From the human T2T-CHM13v2.0 reference genome, Homo sapiens, in assembly GCF_009914755.1 (NCBI RefSeq), contig NC_060926.1: a stretch of DNA of 64,000 nt; one strand, 5' to 3'. The notes below the pieces were generated by a model that worked only from the letters and a program-made list of their open reading frames with translations, was not told where the DNA came from and made no database searches. Positions 31,519 through 46,202 of this stretch are shown here, one piece after another. Positions within the stretch are counted from its first letter, which is position 1, and every line of letters starts with the position of its first letter. A program made the position numbers and the translations under genes.

Positions 31519-34500
31519 TCAAGCAATTCTTTCATGAGTGAGGTGTTCATTATATTCTTGAGCACTACATGAACATTTTAAAAGACATGCATGGTAGCAT
31601 CTCAGAGGGTAAATCTGAAGGGACCTCACTGCCTTGATAAAAATCAGAGAACAAAATTGAACTTCTAATGTGACCGCAAAATGGCTTCATCAGATAGGAG
31701 AAGGGGAAATCATGAAGAAAATGCTTTCTTTTCTACTCTTCAAAACTAAAATAATAAACCAATGTGTACCTGTAGACTTAATTGGCTGAAGAAAATAAGT
31801 GTTCTAGAAATAGATCATACAAATAACTCAAATACCTCAGGAATATATAAGACTGGGGTTTCAAGGCAATGGAAACCCAACTGATCAGCAATAACTAAGA
31901 GCAAAAACCCTTGGGAGGTGGATGGGTCATTCTTCCCAAATACCAAGTAGAGAATCATGATTCATGTCACCAAAATGATCCAGGGTTTTGCAGAATTTGA
32001 AGAGGCACTAAATGCGAAAGCGGCAAGCAAAGAACAATTGACAGAATTATAATTCAGATCTCAGTTCTTGGCATCTTTGAAGAGTGTTCTAAATTTTGCA
32101 AGTGATACCAGGCAGGGACACAAGCTATAGTCTTCCCGCTTTAATCCGCAGTCTACAGGCTCAAAACTAATCCTGTGAAGTCAATGAGTATGAAAGATCC
32201 AAAGGCTCCTCCTGTGATTAGATTTCCGACTTCCCTTGGAGCTGCCATTCATCACAGCTCCCTGGCCTTGTGCATGACTTCAACATGAAACATTTCTCAG
32301 GGAATCGTTTATGCTGGAACTCTGGCCAGCATCCCTCCAGAAGCAGAGCTGAGAACTGAAGAATCTTTAGAAAGGAGAGGAAACTGAAAGTAGGACAGCC
32401 CTTGAGAGCACATTTATCCCAATGGCTTTTGGTGTGTTGTCAGATGCAAAAATTTCCAGTCTGAAGAGTTTTAATATTCCTATCCTTTCTAGCTGAAATA
32501 TGGTTTCCTTCTTTTCTAAGCATCAAAGGATGATGTCACCATCCTTCCAAGTCATTTAGGAACAAGGCAATAAAGTAGATATTTGGTAATGATTTCACCC
32601 AGACTTTGATGAAAAGCAGCAAATCATGGTTCTTCCTGAGAAATATTTGCTTTTGTATTCTATGTCCAGATTGCCATTTATTCTGGTGTGTGCAAACACA
32701 GAGGCTGTTTGATAATCTTGTTGCCTCCAAGACAACCTTATTCTCAGTTTAGGAATAAGCCAAATGCATAAATATCCTTTTCTTGCCTTTGAAATGATGG
32801 TATTTATAAATACTTCATGATTTATTTCAGACGCACCCAATTTAGTGGTTGGGCAATTTAAATCTCCTCACCAGAAGATTCAAATGCAAAGATATCTACC
32901 AGAATTTTAGTTTTATAGTTGAGATATAAATACACACAGAAAAGTCTATAAATACAGGGGCATGAGTAACTCCATATCATAAATATTTTATTCTCAAGTT
33001 CATATTTTTCTTTCCATCACATAGACCTGTGATATGTGGCTGAGATGTGCATGAGTGACAAATCTTTCCAGCAGATACATGATATGAGTAGTGAAAATTG
33101 TCTTAGTGAGTTAGTTGTTGTTTGTAAGGTGGCAAGGACACACTCTCTCTTCCTGAAAAATTAGTCCACTGTATCCTTAATATGTTTAAGAATAAGAATG
33201 AGTTAACTATTGCCTTCTGCTTAAAAGTAAAAATTAGGATGTCTTTTCTCAGTAATTTATATCATGCTATAAATAGTATTTGCTAATAATATTAACAAGG
33301 AACTGACCTACTTCCTCTTTTTAACCAAGAGATAAAAGGTAACTGACTTTCCAATTACTGAGTACTGCTTTTGCTGGAAACTTGTCTCATTTCATAAATA
33401 TATTGAAATAATTTAAATTCTAAGCCTAGAAAAAAAAACTGGTAGAATTAGAATTCTCTGGCTTTCTTATCAGGACGAGCAGAAAAGTATGCCTAATCTG
33501 GCTCCTTGGCATTGGAGGTCCAGAGGAATTATTTGGATGTTTTCAATTAAAACCTGACAAAAGATAAATTGCTGTGTGAATGACAGGAAAAATCAAATGC
33601 TGATTTTATTAGAAGGAACTCATTAGGGAAACACATTAAAACCAGGAACTGATGGGACCTTATGGTTCTGGGAGACAGAAAGTGGGTCTATTGCCACTTA
33701 GAAAATGTTTTAAAACAATATAAAATGAGTTCCACAAAGTACAGACAATGATAATGCAATTAGATGTTTCAGTTCTTTGGATGGCCAGGGACTAGCCATA
33801 CTGACCAACCATAGCATACCAGGCATGATGCCTGGGCTGCGTGTACTGGACTAGGAGTGCTCCGAGGGCAGGGGCTTCGTCTGTCTCACCTTTGATGTTC
33901 CAGTGGAAAATGATATATGCTTATTATCAAAATTCAAAAATCATTGAAAATACTCAATAAAGAAAATGAAAAGAATTCAGTCCACTCCCTTATAGATAAT
34001 TTATTGTTGGCTCTTTGGTAAATCAGCATTTGATTTACTAAACCAAATTACTTTTGGGGGTTAATCTCTTTCTATCATTTATCCATCTATATTAGATATC
34101 AAGGTGGAAATATTTTTTGTTATCTCAACCACTGGTCTGAAAATTTATTATAGATTGAGGCCAGTTTTTGTTTGGAAAGCCAATACATGATTGAGTTAAA
34201 AGAAAAACCTTAAAGATGTTGAAAAGATATTGGTTGATGCACAAACTTCAGAGAACAGGGTAGAATTGCTCTGCATGAGAAAAGGAGAGGAGTTCTTTTT
34301 TTTTTTTTTTCCTTCCAAAAAAGGGCAGAGAGAAGAGTAGAGAACAAATAATCCAGGGAGAAGTAAATGAGAGGGAGGGAAGGGGAGCCAGAGGAGGCTG
34401 TGAGACTAGGAACTGTATGGAGGAGGAGTAAAGAGAAGAATTCATGTTGCCGGGGTGCCCAGGAAACATTTGGAGACCAGCAATTTCTTATAGGGGCATC

Positions 34501-35844
34501 ATGGCATTAGCAGTGCAGCAGGCAGTGCCATGTTTCCCCTAATGGCTTAGTAAAGACTTTTATATCTACAGAATAGTTGGTGTGAGTGAGCTTTTCCTGT
34601 GGGAACAGGGGTGAGTGTCAAGACCATATTGAAGCGGTGTGGAAAAAAAGCCCATATGTGTGGAAGCAGGCACCCATGGGCTGAGAGACAGAGGTGGCCA
34701 GGAGACACAGCCCCTTACTTCTTTGCTGCATGATTCCCCCTAAATTCACAGAACACTTGGAAACGTTTTAGACTCTACAGGACCTGGAATTGGCAGTGTT
34801 GAACCACTTCTACCTTTAAGAGTCAGAAAGACCCTAGAAGATATCTTGTTTATAATTACGCTAATCCAAACCATGATGGTGAGACTGCTCCCCCAGTCTT
34901 ATTGATTAAGATGCAATCTGCTCTAAAGAATGTGTCTCAGATATCTCTAATGGATTTTGGTACCTAATGTGTGCTAGGGAACACATCCCTGGCATTCCTC
35001 TCTTCTGGTCCTGACTTCATGTTAGTATCCCTCTTGTTCCAGTGATGACTCTCACCATCTCTACTCTGGAGGACATGGCTGCTATCTGGCAGTGACCGCT
35101 GCCCACAAATATGGATGTGGGCTCTACCATAATTTCCCCTTACAGAAGAACAAAGACTAATGGAAGGAGAGTCCAACACGGAAGATACATTGCTTCTGAA
35201 GTTCAAGTCCATTTTGCTGTAGGTCACCTATGGGCCTAGCCACCTTCCTGACTTGTCATCAGCTTTTCTCTGTGTTGTCAGGCCCAGGTCAGGACACCTG
35301 GCTCCTCACAGTCACCGAGTCTCAAACCCAGAGAAAAAAGAAAAAATTTCTCCTCACCTCAGACTAATTCCTACTCACTAAGTCCTCATTTTTTGTCCCA
35401 GGATGAATATCTTCCTAGTATAATGGACAGTGGAGAACTTCTATCTGTTATAGGGAAACCCAACTACTATATAAAAGAGTGAGACTGGCTCTGTGATCCC
35501 AAGAAGAAAATAACAAAGATGATGCTTTTTCTATCACGTGGGTTAGACGGCCTTACCCTTGGGCAACTTGATGTAATATTGTTTTTACAAAAGAAATATG
35601 TAAAGTAGGTCGAATACAATTTTCCATTTCCTCTTTCACTTGACAATACATTTTGTATATCATTCCATATATGTCAACTTTATGCTTTTTAATAGCTGCA
35701 TGCTGTTCCATAGTTGCATGGTTATACTATAGTTTGTTGATGAACATTTTGGTTGTTTAAACAAATACTGCCACAAGTATTTATTTCAAAATACTTTAAT
35801 AGATGATGTAAATCTAGTAAGTATCCCAACATTTACCATACAAC

Positions 35845-36457
35845 ACTTTTTAAGTTGTGGTTAAATATATATATAACATAAAATTTATGATTTTAACAAT
35901 TTTAAAGTATAGAGTTTTGAGGTATTACGTACATTCACATTGTGTGCAACAATCACTACCATTCATCTTCAGGACTTTTTCATCTTCCCCAGCTGAAACT
36001 TTGTACCCTTAAAGACTAACTCTGCATTCCCACTTCATTGCAGCCCCTTGCAACCACTCTTCTATTTTCTGTCTCAAAGAACTCTACTCCTCTAGGTACC
36101 TCATATAAGTGGAATAATACAGTGTTTTTCCTTTTGTGACTGCCTTATTTCACTTAGCATATGATTTCTTCAAGGTCCACTGATGTTGTAAGCATGTATC
36201 ATAATTTCCTTCCTTTTTAAGGCTGATAATATTTCACTATATGTATATACCACATTTTGTTTATTTATTGGTTGATGGAACTTGGGTTGCTTTTGACTAT
36301 TGTGAATGATGCTGCTATGAATGTAGGTATACAAATATCTGTTTCAATTCATGCTTTCAAGTTTTTGGGGTTTATATTCAGAAGTGAAATTATTGGATCA
36401 TATGGTGATTCTGTTTAATTTTTTAAGGAACTGCTACATTGTTACCCATAGTAGCAT
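35845..36457 (-). mobile_element. L1MB-like 3' end
   Basis: Reverse L1M 3'UTR (acattcacattgtgtgcaac, ctaggtacctcatataagtggaat, tgtgaatgatgctgctatgaa). Confidence 0.82.
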
Positions 36458-36592
36458 TTGAGTCATTTTTAATAAAATAAAAGCCATATATATTTTTTAT
36501 TTATTTATATATATCTGTATTATATATATTTATATATCTGTATTTTATATATATAAATAGCTTATATATATATAAATAGCCATATATAAATG

Positions 36593-36647
36593 GCCCTATC
36601 CTACAGAAATGCTTTACATAAAGGTACAGATATCTGTAGGATAGGGC
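36593..36647. repeat. Perfect 15-bp inverted repeat with a nested 14-bp palindrome
   Basis: gccctatcctacaga (36593-36607) / tctgtaggatagggc (36633-36647); tacagatatctgta (36625-36638). Confidence 0.92.
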
Positions 36648-36940
36648 TGGGAACAGTGGCTCACACTTGTAATCCCAGCACTTTGGGAAGTCGAGGGGGA
36701 AGGATAGTTTGAGGCCAGGTGTTCAAGACTAGCCTGGTCAACATAATGAGACCCGGTCTGTACAAAAAATAAAAAGTTAGCTAGGTATGATGGTGTGTGC
36801 CTATAGTTCTAGCTACTCAGGAGGCTGAAGCAGGAGGACTGCTTAAGCCCAGAAGTTCAAGGTTACAGTGAGCTATGATAGCACCACTGTACTCCAGCCT
36901 AGGCAACACAGTGAGACCCTTTCTCTAAAAATAAATAAAA
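36645..36940 (+). mobile_element. AluJ
   Basis: Diverged dimer with aagttcaaggttacagtgagctatgat. Confidence 0.88.
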
Positions 36941-39059
36941 TGAAACAAGATACTATATATTACTGTTTGTTTTTTGCTGTTCCATTGGAATACATCTCTT
37001 TTACTGAGCTGAGAACATGCCATTTTATTTATTGTGGCTTGGTATCACCTTTAAACATATATTAAATCTAATCCTTCTCTCTATAACTCTTATTAAAATT
37101 GTTGTTGTTCTTGGCTATTCTCACTTGAATATTCTCTCAGATAAACTTCAGAAACATTTGTTCAAGTTTATTAAAATTCCATTAGGATGCCATTGAATTT
37201 ACAGATTAATTTAGGAAAATTGACAACTGAAAATATGCAGTCTTCTTATTCAGGAACAAGACATTTTATGTCTTTATTAAAGTCATTTTAATTTATGGTT
37301 ATCTCTTGATTATTCTCAGTAGAAGACAAATCTTAAAGTTTTTGTTGAGAACCACCTGTTCAGCTTGATTATCTCCTTTGTGTTTCTTAACTGCATTTAT
37401 TCTCATCCTCTACATATGAACTATAACTCATTAGAGTTTGGAAGCAAGAACTTTAGAATAAAAATATCTAATTAAATTTCTACCTGAGAAAAAAGGACAC
37501 AGAGCGATAGCTGTACTCTTGGCAGCAGCTCCTCCAAAGCACACGCTTCCTCTCATTTTAAAGACTCGCCTTGATCCACCTTGGGGTGGGGAGAAAATGG
37601 AGAGCAGGGAAGGCAGAGAAAGAGAAGAAAAAATGGCAGAATACCAGAGGAGGAATCATGTGGATAAATTCTTAGTTCTTGTAGAGTCAGAAATTCCATG
37701 TGTGGCCTCTTTGTTTTATTTCCAATGTTGTGAATTCTTAGAAAGTGAAATGTACTATGACTAAACATGAATGAAAAGGTCCTGTAAATTCAAATATAAA
37801 TGATATTTTGGGAGATGCATAGTGCTATGTATACTTCCTCCAGGAGTGTGAATAACTGAGTACTGACAATACGCTAAAATGAAAGAATTTAAACACTTTG
37901 ATTTTAATTGAATAAAATTTGGGTTAACAAATTTTGAGGAAAATAAGATGTTTTCCTATGAAACAATTTGTGATGCAATTGCAAACACCATCACAGTGTA
38001 ATTTCATCATTTGTATCTCCTTAAAGATTGATGAAATTCTTTCATACTGTACATTAAATTTTTAGTAAAAGGCCAAAGATGGAAATAAACATATATTTCT
38101 AAGAGAATGTCACAATCACCACTAGAGGGTACAGTAAGCAACCTTTCTTCCAGATATTTGAGCAGAAGAATATTACCAAGAAATAAAAGGCAATACAGAA
38201 TCACAGTACTTGAAACAACCTCAATAGGTGATCTGAAAGAGAAATGGCTTTCAGAAATGGTCAACGTATTTGACATCTATCCAAGGCAAAGGATATCAAG
38301 TGATTTTCAAGGGCAATGTGTGTCTTGGGTAAAAGTAAAGTGAATTTATCTAGGAATATAGAAATGTTTCTGAAGTAATTAAACAAAAAAATAAGCCTTT
38401 TATACATACATGGAACTCTGTAACCATCTCCCTCATTAAGCCTGTTGATTAAAGCTGCTTCTAGAGTGATTTTATTCTAAAAAGTTGAACTTAACAAGGT
38501 CTTAGAAAACAAAATGATGACATAGGATTTTAGAACCTCAGTAAGATCCAAGTTGGCAGTAAAAGAAAAAGACAACATTCTCAAACCAGCAGTGACATTG
38601 GCAGAGTCAGATGCAGAGGGCATGAATTCTTTACTTCAGATACATCTCCAGACTAGTGGATCCCATGTTGTGCAAAATAAACACATTCCTCCTTCCTTCC
38701 AATCCTAAAAAGAGCAGTTTTTTTGTGTATTTAAATTGGAGCATCTCATCCCATACGCTACTGAATCTACTGTAATGTTTCTGGATGAAAAAAATCTTTC
38801 TTTAATATAGGATTTCTCCCACATCTCACTATAAAAATGCATCCAACCTTTAACTTTCAAATACTATTATGTATTATATTACAGAAATATTACGCTTCTT
38901 AAAAGAAATACACCAAGCTTTGCACTATAGGAGAAAATAAGACAAGCAAATCTCATGATAAGGAGAAAAAATTAATCCTTTTATTAACTATTTTTCTAGG
39001 CATAATATTGCTTAACAGGTACAGAGTACTTAGCAATTTATGATATACCTTTATAATAT

Positions 39060-39215
39060 TCTTTTAATCTAGTCAGGTAGGTATTTTTATTCATATTTTC
39101 TGAGTGAGGAAACACAGACTTGGAGAAGTAAAAAGCCTTCCCCAAATTCTCCCAGTTAATAGAGGACAGAGCTAGGAGAATGAAGCTTTGGATTCCTTCC
39201 TAATCTAGTCTTATT
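39060..39215 (-). mobile_element. MIR
   Basis: attttctgagtgaggaaacacagacttggagaagtaaaaagccttccccaa. Confidence 0.65.
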
Positions 39216-39628
39216 GCTGCTATTCTCTGGCTCCCATGCAACAGAGATGATTCAGCGTCAGAAATCCCCTAAATATTGCACATTTACATCTCTCTGAAAG
39301 AACCTCAGAATTAATATGTGAAGGATTTTTTATTCGGCTGTGAGTGTTCTGGTACTTATGCCCAGCGTGTCCGGTCATCCCTAGTTTTGATTTCTTGGTC
39401 ATTTTCCTTTCTCAGGTCCATTTCATCATATGGGTGTGAAACTCCAGGCAGTACATTACTAAAGGCTCATTATATTTCTTTGGTGGTTGAAGTTTCTTGG
39501 CCTTCATTATAACATTACCCTGTCTTATTCTGATTACCCGGAAAATTTTCTCAAGATGTACAAAGTTCCCAAGTGCATGCTTAAAACTTTTTAGCATTTG
39601 TTAAAGCATTAGAGTAGTTTACAGAGTT

Positions 39629-40269
<641 letters not shown>

Positions 40270-40334
40270 TTACCTATATTGTTACTTAGCAATTTTAATG
40301 TACATGTATTAAATTAGAAAAATATTTATTATAC

Positions 40335-40400
40335 TTTTATATTGAATATTGATGACAATAAGATTATTTTTATATTGAATATTGATGACAATAAGATTAT
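40335..40400. repeat. Perfect 33-bp tandem duplication
   Basis: ttttatattgaatattgatgacaataagattat at 40335-40367 and 40368-40400. Confidence 0.95.
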
Positions 40401-43400
40401 TTTAAAATGTAATAATGTCTTCTGCACATGAATAATTTCAAAATCATATGGAGATCAAATACTACAGGTGTATTCTTCCCTAAAAATACCTTATCTACAT
40501 CCAAATTTTAAACTTAATATGGCCATTGGATCATTTTTGAACATATTGTCAAGTTGTGAATTTGGTGTGGTGAGGGTTTTTCAAACTTTAATCATTTATC
40601 TTCAATATTTTTACCATATCTATATGCCATCTGTACTATTATTTACTATATATATTTATAAAATTGGATTTAATTGCATTTCCAGTATATTAAATAAATG
40701 TGTAACTTTAAACATTTTTTCATAATCTATTTAAAATACTCTTTGGTACCATATTTGATATGTGTACTATATTTTGAGAGATACTGGCCTAGTAGAAAGA
40801 GTTCCGAACTAGGAAGTAGAGACCAGGATTATGGTATAAACATTACTATTTTCTAGCTCTGATCATTGAGCAAGTTAATTAACCTTTCTGAGTCTGAATC
40901 TTACAAAGCTGTGAAGATTAAAGGGCTAATGTCCATAAACATCTTTGCCTGCGCAATACTTTTAATAAATGTTAGTTTTTAATCCCTAGAAGGGAGTTTA
41001 GCTGATTAAAGACTCTGTTTACCTAAGTCAAGACAGGGTGAAGTGAGTCCAAATACCTTCTTCTCTGTGTAATTCTTATCCACACAATATGACCTAAAAT
41101 GCTGATAAAAGATACAGAAGCTATTTCAGAAAGGCCAGGCTATTGATGAAACCAAGCGAGAAGGCAGATCCCCATTGTAAATGCTTTGTATGGAAGTTTA
41201 CATGATTATTAATCATATTATCTTAGAAACTGTATGTTTCAAGATGCAACAACAGAGTGCCACTAAAATAAGCCAAATCAAAGGAAAGGAGGGCTATTAT
41301 AGGTGCTTGGAAGTCTTGTGAACTATAAGGACACGAATGGCATTTAAGTAGGTCTTATGTCAACTAGGACCAGAAGACCAACTTCAGTCTTTCAGAGGCT
41401 TCGTGATCTCTTCTCTGTCTCTGTCCTGTTTCTACTCTCCTGTGGCTCATTCTCATCACAATTTCCTCTGCTCTGTCATCTTGCTCATGACCCCAAAATG
41501 GCAGTAAGAGGAATCTATACCAACTTATACATTTTCATGGAGTCTAAGGTCTCTGGCTAATCAACAGATAAGCTCCTCTGGGAATGCACTTCAGAAAGAA
41601 TGAGCTGTTGGCACCCTAGAACATTGAGTGGAGGGAAAGTGCACTTCATTCATTCAGTCATGAGCGTGTCAACCTCTTCCACTGCCCAAACCTCCCTCCC
41701 AAAGTATTAGTAACACCTTGCTAGGGGTTGTGGGGCAGACTAAAGACCTATAAGAATATATGGTTTTAAGATTGGGGTGTTTACATGACATGTAATATAA
41801 AAGAAAAATGCCCTTTCAGTACAATACACTTTATTCTTTTGAATGCTAATTGTTACCTCAGGGTTTCTTGGCTCTCAAGTTAAATCAACTCTCCTTCCCT
41901 GGGCTAAGCCATATTCATACTTTAAAACTTATTATTATTATTTCTGCAGAGAAATTTGCTCTGTTAAGTCAGGCTCCTTTATCTGGAGAAACAACCCCAT
42001 CAAATCCTTCTAAAGTGGGAACAGAGGAAACAGTTTCAACACTTACTACTTTGTGACACTGACTTTGACAAATGTTGTGATGAAATATCTTATTTCTTAA
42101 GCAAGGAATCAATAATTGATTTCCCCCACCCCCAAATGTTGATATCCTGTCATGTAGACGTAGGCCAGGAACACTCAAAACCATTAAAGAAATTAAAAGC
42201 TATATTTTCAGTATGATTTTATATACTGGAGTGAATTCCACACAAAATAAGTAATTTTCTTATGCAAAATTTTGCTGGACTTTTAACATAAAGACACAGT
42301 TCATAAATTATAGCATGCCTAAAAAAATCAAACTAAAAATTCTTTTCCAGTAGGTCTGAGGGTACACAGGAAACTGCCTCTTTAGTAAACACCCCAGATT
42401 ATGTTGATGCAAGTGGTCTAAGAACTACATTTTGAGAAAAGTGCTATGTATGGATGAAAACAATCTAAATGACCTCCCTGGGGATAACCTGGTTTTTGCT
42501 TTTTGCATAGGAATCATCACATCATACACTTTATATTTGGGCATTCATTCACTAGTTATGCTAGCATAAGTCCCACTTACCTACTTGGAAATAATTACAT
42601 AAGAACTGATTTTTAGAAACCAGAGTTGCCCAATGTCCAGGGAGAGAGCCTGGCCTCTACCTAGTTGAGCATAACCAGGCCGGCCTAGTGCAGTGGAATC
42701 TGGTGTTGGTCTTCTGTTAGTTGACAACATTCTGTTAACATACATTGCTTTAGTGATGTTCTGTGCTTTCGGAGTATTCTGTGAAGTAAGGAGATTTGCT
42801 CCATTTCGAAACAGCAGTTTTGCCAAGGGAAACATGTCTTTTGAAATCAGGTGTATTTTCTTGAGTGTTAGAATACACAACTGTGGCAAATGATTGTAGA
42901 AATTCTATGATAGTCTTTGGGCTATTTAAAAATGTCATACTATATGATTTTTGAATCATAAAAGCTTATAAGTGATAGCAGTTCAAATTGAACATTGTGT
43001 GACTAAGGTACTTAAGATATTCTGAAGCCCACGGGATTTTTTGTGTGTCTCTACAGGGAAAATGTAGGAAAATTGAATGCATGTGATAGCATAAGAGACT
43101 TTCAGTTGTTTATCATAAGGACCTCCTGGAATTTCAAAAAATGATTGTTTCAATCTGAAAAAGATTTTAGAAAACAACAAAGGCAAAACTTATTTTCCAA
43201 AGTTTAACTTATGTTTTCTCATCGTATGCTGGTGATAAAGCCTCTTTATTCTTTATCCGTACATTTAATGCTGGCCATGTATCCTTAAAAAGCTGTTATC
43301 GGCTTTAAATCTTTTATTCTCAGCCATGGCCAAATTTGTTGTTGTGTTTCGTGTGTTTTATATTTTTAATCTTTGGACCATGAAGAAGTTACATTCTGAA

Positions 43401-44026
43401 AACTTGTTTAGTTTTCCTGACATTTCCTTTGGAGATTTAAATTACCAGCCATTGTACTTTTTCCAATCAAATTTTCAGAAGCCTCCAATGATTCCACATC
43501 TGATTCAACTCCTAATTGCTTCATATACTATTAAAGGAGAGCACAATTTATTTTATAAAACTAATTGGGCTTACATACAAGTCAAGCCTATTTTTCTCCA
43601 GCTTCCAGTCTGAAACATATTCATATAGTTTCAATTCAGTGCCTCTCCCTTTTGAAGTCTTTCCTGAAAATCCCCTGCCTACTTTAGTATTCTTTGTCCT
43701 ATTTTCCAGTCTCCAGTACTGCTGTTATCCCATAGTACTATAATCGTTGACATGTCAATCTCCACGTTACATAACAGCTCACAGAAGTCAGGAAACTTGT
43801 GAAATCCACAGTGCCAGTGAATTGCCTACTGCTAATAAAATAACAAATAAATACCTCAAGAAATGTTTCTTTATATTTTAGACTGAAACCCACATGTTGC
43901 GATCCACATAAACATTTAACATTGTATTACGGAGAAGAAAGTTTGAATAACGAAAGTTCTCTCCAAATGGAAGAAGTTATGACTTTGCCAAATCCCTTTA
44001 ATATAGTTGCCTCAGTTACTCTAAGA

Positions 44027-44232
44027 TAGGGTTTCCCAACCTTGGCACTACTGACAATTTAGGCTGGATAATTCTTTGTTATGGGAGGCTGCTTTCTGCA
44101 TTATAAGACATTTAGCAACTTCCAGTACATACCAGCAGCTCCCCCTGCCCCAAATGTGGTAACCAAACATGTCTCTGGACATTGCCAAATGTACCTTGGA
44201 GGACAAAATTGCTCTTAGTTGAGATATACTAC
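44027..44232. mobile_element. MER20 hAT DNA transposon
   Basis: tttcccaaccttggcactactgacaattt...gtctctggacattgccaaatgt...ttgagatatact. Confidence 0.85.
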
Positions 44233-44464
44233 CCCAGAATGATACCTTTTCCAATTTTGGGTCAATCAGTCAGTATCTGAAAGAGATTTCAAACATCATT
44301 TTAAAATCTTATCCTGTTAACTCTGTGAAACATTTATTTTTAAGTTTTAATTGCTTGTTAAACTTCTAATCAGCTTACAATGTGAATTTACAATTTCTGT
44401 TTAATATTTGTCCCAGTCTGATTTTTTAACCACTCTCTCAACATGTATTTCAATTATACCTATT

Positions 44465-45118
44465 TTTGCTCTTATCTATTGCTTCTTAACAAACCACCTC
44501 AAAATTTAGGGCATAGAACAACAATTTTATTATATACATGATTTTGTGAGTCAGGAATTTGGATAAGGCATAGCAGAGGTGGCTTGAGATACTTAGGACA
44601 GCTCAACACTGAGCCATATGTATGGGGCCTTTGTTCTCCCTATGGGTTGAGTTTCTTTTCTTTTCTTTTTTGTTGTTGTTTTTCATGTGGCATCTGCTGA
44701 TACAGGAATGTCCAATATGGCTCTTTAGCTTATGTGACTGGTGCATGGGTTGAGATGGCTGGAAGTGTGGGGCTGTTGGACATCTATCTTTTTCCATATG
44801 GCCAGCTTGTGCTTCCTTACAGCATGGCAGTTTTGGTAGTCAGACTTTTTATACTCTACCCAGACCAAACATTTCAAGAAACTTGAACAAAATCTGCAAG
44901 GCTTCTTATGACTTAAAGTCTGCAAGTCCCAGAATACCAATTCTGTTGCATTTTGTTATTTAAGAAGTTTACCAAATCCAGCCTAGATTCAAGGGGTGAG
45001 GGGTGAGGGGTGTGGGAGGTGGAAGGAGAGGAATAGACCCTACCTCTCTTTAGGGGATTAAATGTACATACAGGAAGGGAGAAAATTGGTGGTGGCCATC
45101 TTGGAAACAAGCTACCAA
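44465..45118 (-). mobile_element. MaLR solo LTR (MLT1F/G-like)
   Basis: tatctattgct...aacaaaccacctcaaaatttag...gtcaggaatttgg...ggccatcttggaaacaagctacca. Confidence 0.75.
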
Positions 45119-45698
45119 ATCTTCCTAGGTTTAAACAAGATTCTCCCTCTTCTTTTCCACCCTGCTATGATAGATTTCACCACCCCTCCCAGGTTTCTGG
45201 AAGCCCAATTTCTGGAAATGGACAAAAGAGGACAGATACTCCATTCAGGTTCCTAGGATATTCCTTCACTTTGGACAATAGTTCCTTCTCTCCCCTCCCC
45301 CTTTTGTTGACAATTAGAATTTGGTGGCCTACTGTACACAAATCTCACTTTGCAGGAGGCATGTTAAGCTTGTTTATAAAGTTTTGTTCTAGTTTTTCTA
45401 GGATATCTTTCATGAAATAGCATTTGCCACCCTGGGGGGCATAATAAGCTGACAGAAATTTTCCTCCTAGAATGGTCTGTCATGATTTTTGGCTTATCAT
45501 AAACATAAACCATAAACATGGATGGGTCTTGGCAGTGGTTTAGTGGGGAGAGGCCATGGAAAAACAAAGTCTTGGGTATAAATTCCAGCTGCACCACTGT
45601 GGGGCCTAGTATGAGTTCCTTAACTTCTTTTACTCTCATTTTCCTTTTCTAAAAAGCAAGTAAAATCCCTACCTTGAAGGTTTTTAGTAGGTATTGAT

Positions 45699-46202
45699 TG
45701 TTGGAACACAGTCCTGTATAGGTCTCATGTTTTTGCACATCTTGTAAACAGAGTCTCTGAATGCCTTTGTTCCAGACTATCTTTTCAAAGTTGAGTATAT
45801 AGTGAAAGACTTGGAAGATAGTGACTCTCTCTGGGACAGAAAGCACATTTTTTTTCCTGACCAGGGTAATAAGACAATGTCTGCCTCTGGAACAAATGTC
45901 AGGTAGACTCACTGCCTATCATAAAAGATCCAGGTTTCCTAAGCTCAAAGTTTCTCTTACAATGTAATCAACTATGTATAAAGGAGTGAAGTAGCTTTCT
46001 TTATGTCACCCTGTGGGAATTCAGGCTTGAGAAACCTATGCAAATGCTGCCCCTGTGGCTACTGCTATTGCTATGATTAATAAAATCCTTTGGTTTTTGA
46101 CCCAGGAGTTTGGTGTATTCTGCCAGTATCTGTGAAACTGTGGAAGGTTTATTCATCAGCTTGCAAGTAGGGTAAAAATTTAACCCTTCACAATTTTTGA
46201 CA
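45699..46202 (+). mobile_element. ERV solo LTR, family unresolved (probably ERVL class)
   Basis: TG...CA ends, near-perfect 5-bp TSD ttgat/ctgat, AATAAA at about 46079 followed by a U5-like tail ending cccttcacaatttttgaca. Confidence 0.65.

Noticed and set aside
42581-42889. 102-aa minus ORF with ankyrin-like LAKLLFRNGAN
   Set aside because: Lacks the TPLH motif and 33-aa periodicity; non-ATG start; probably coincidence.
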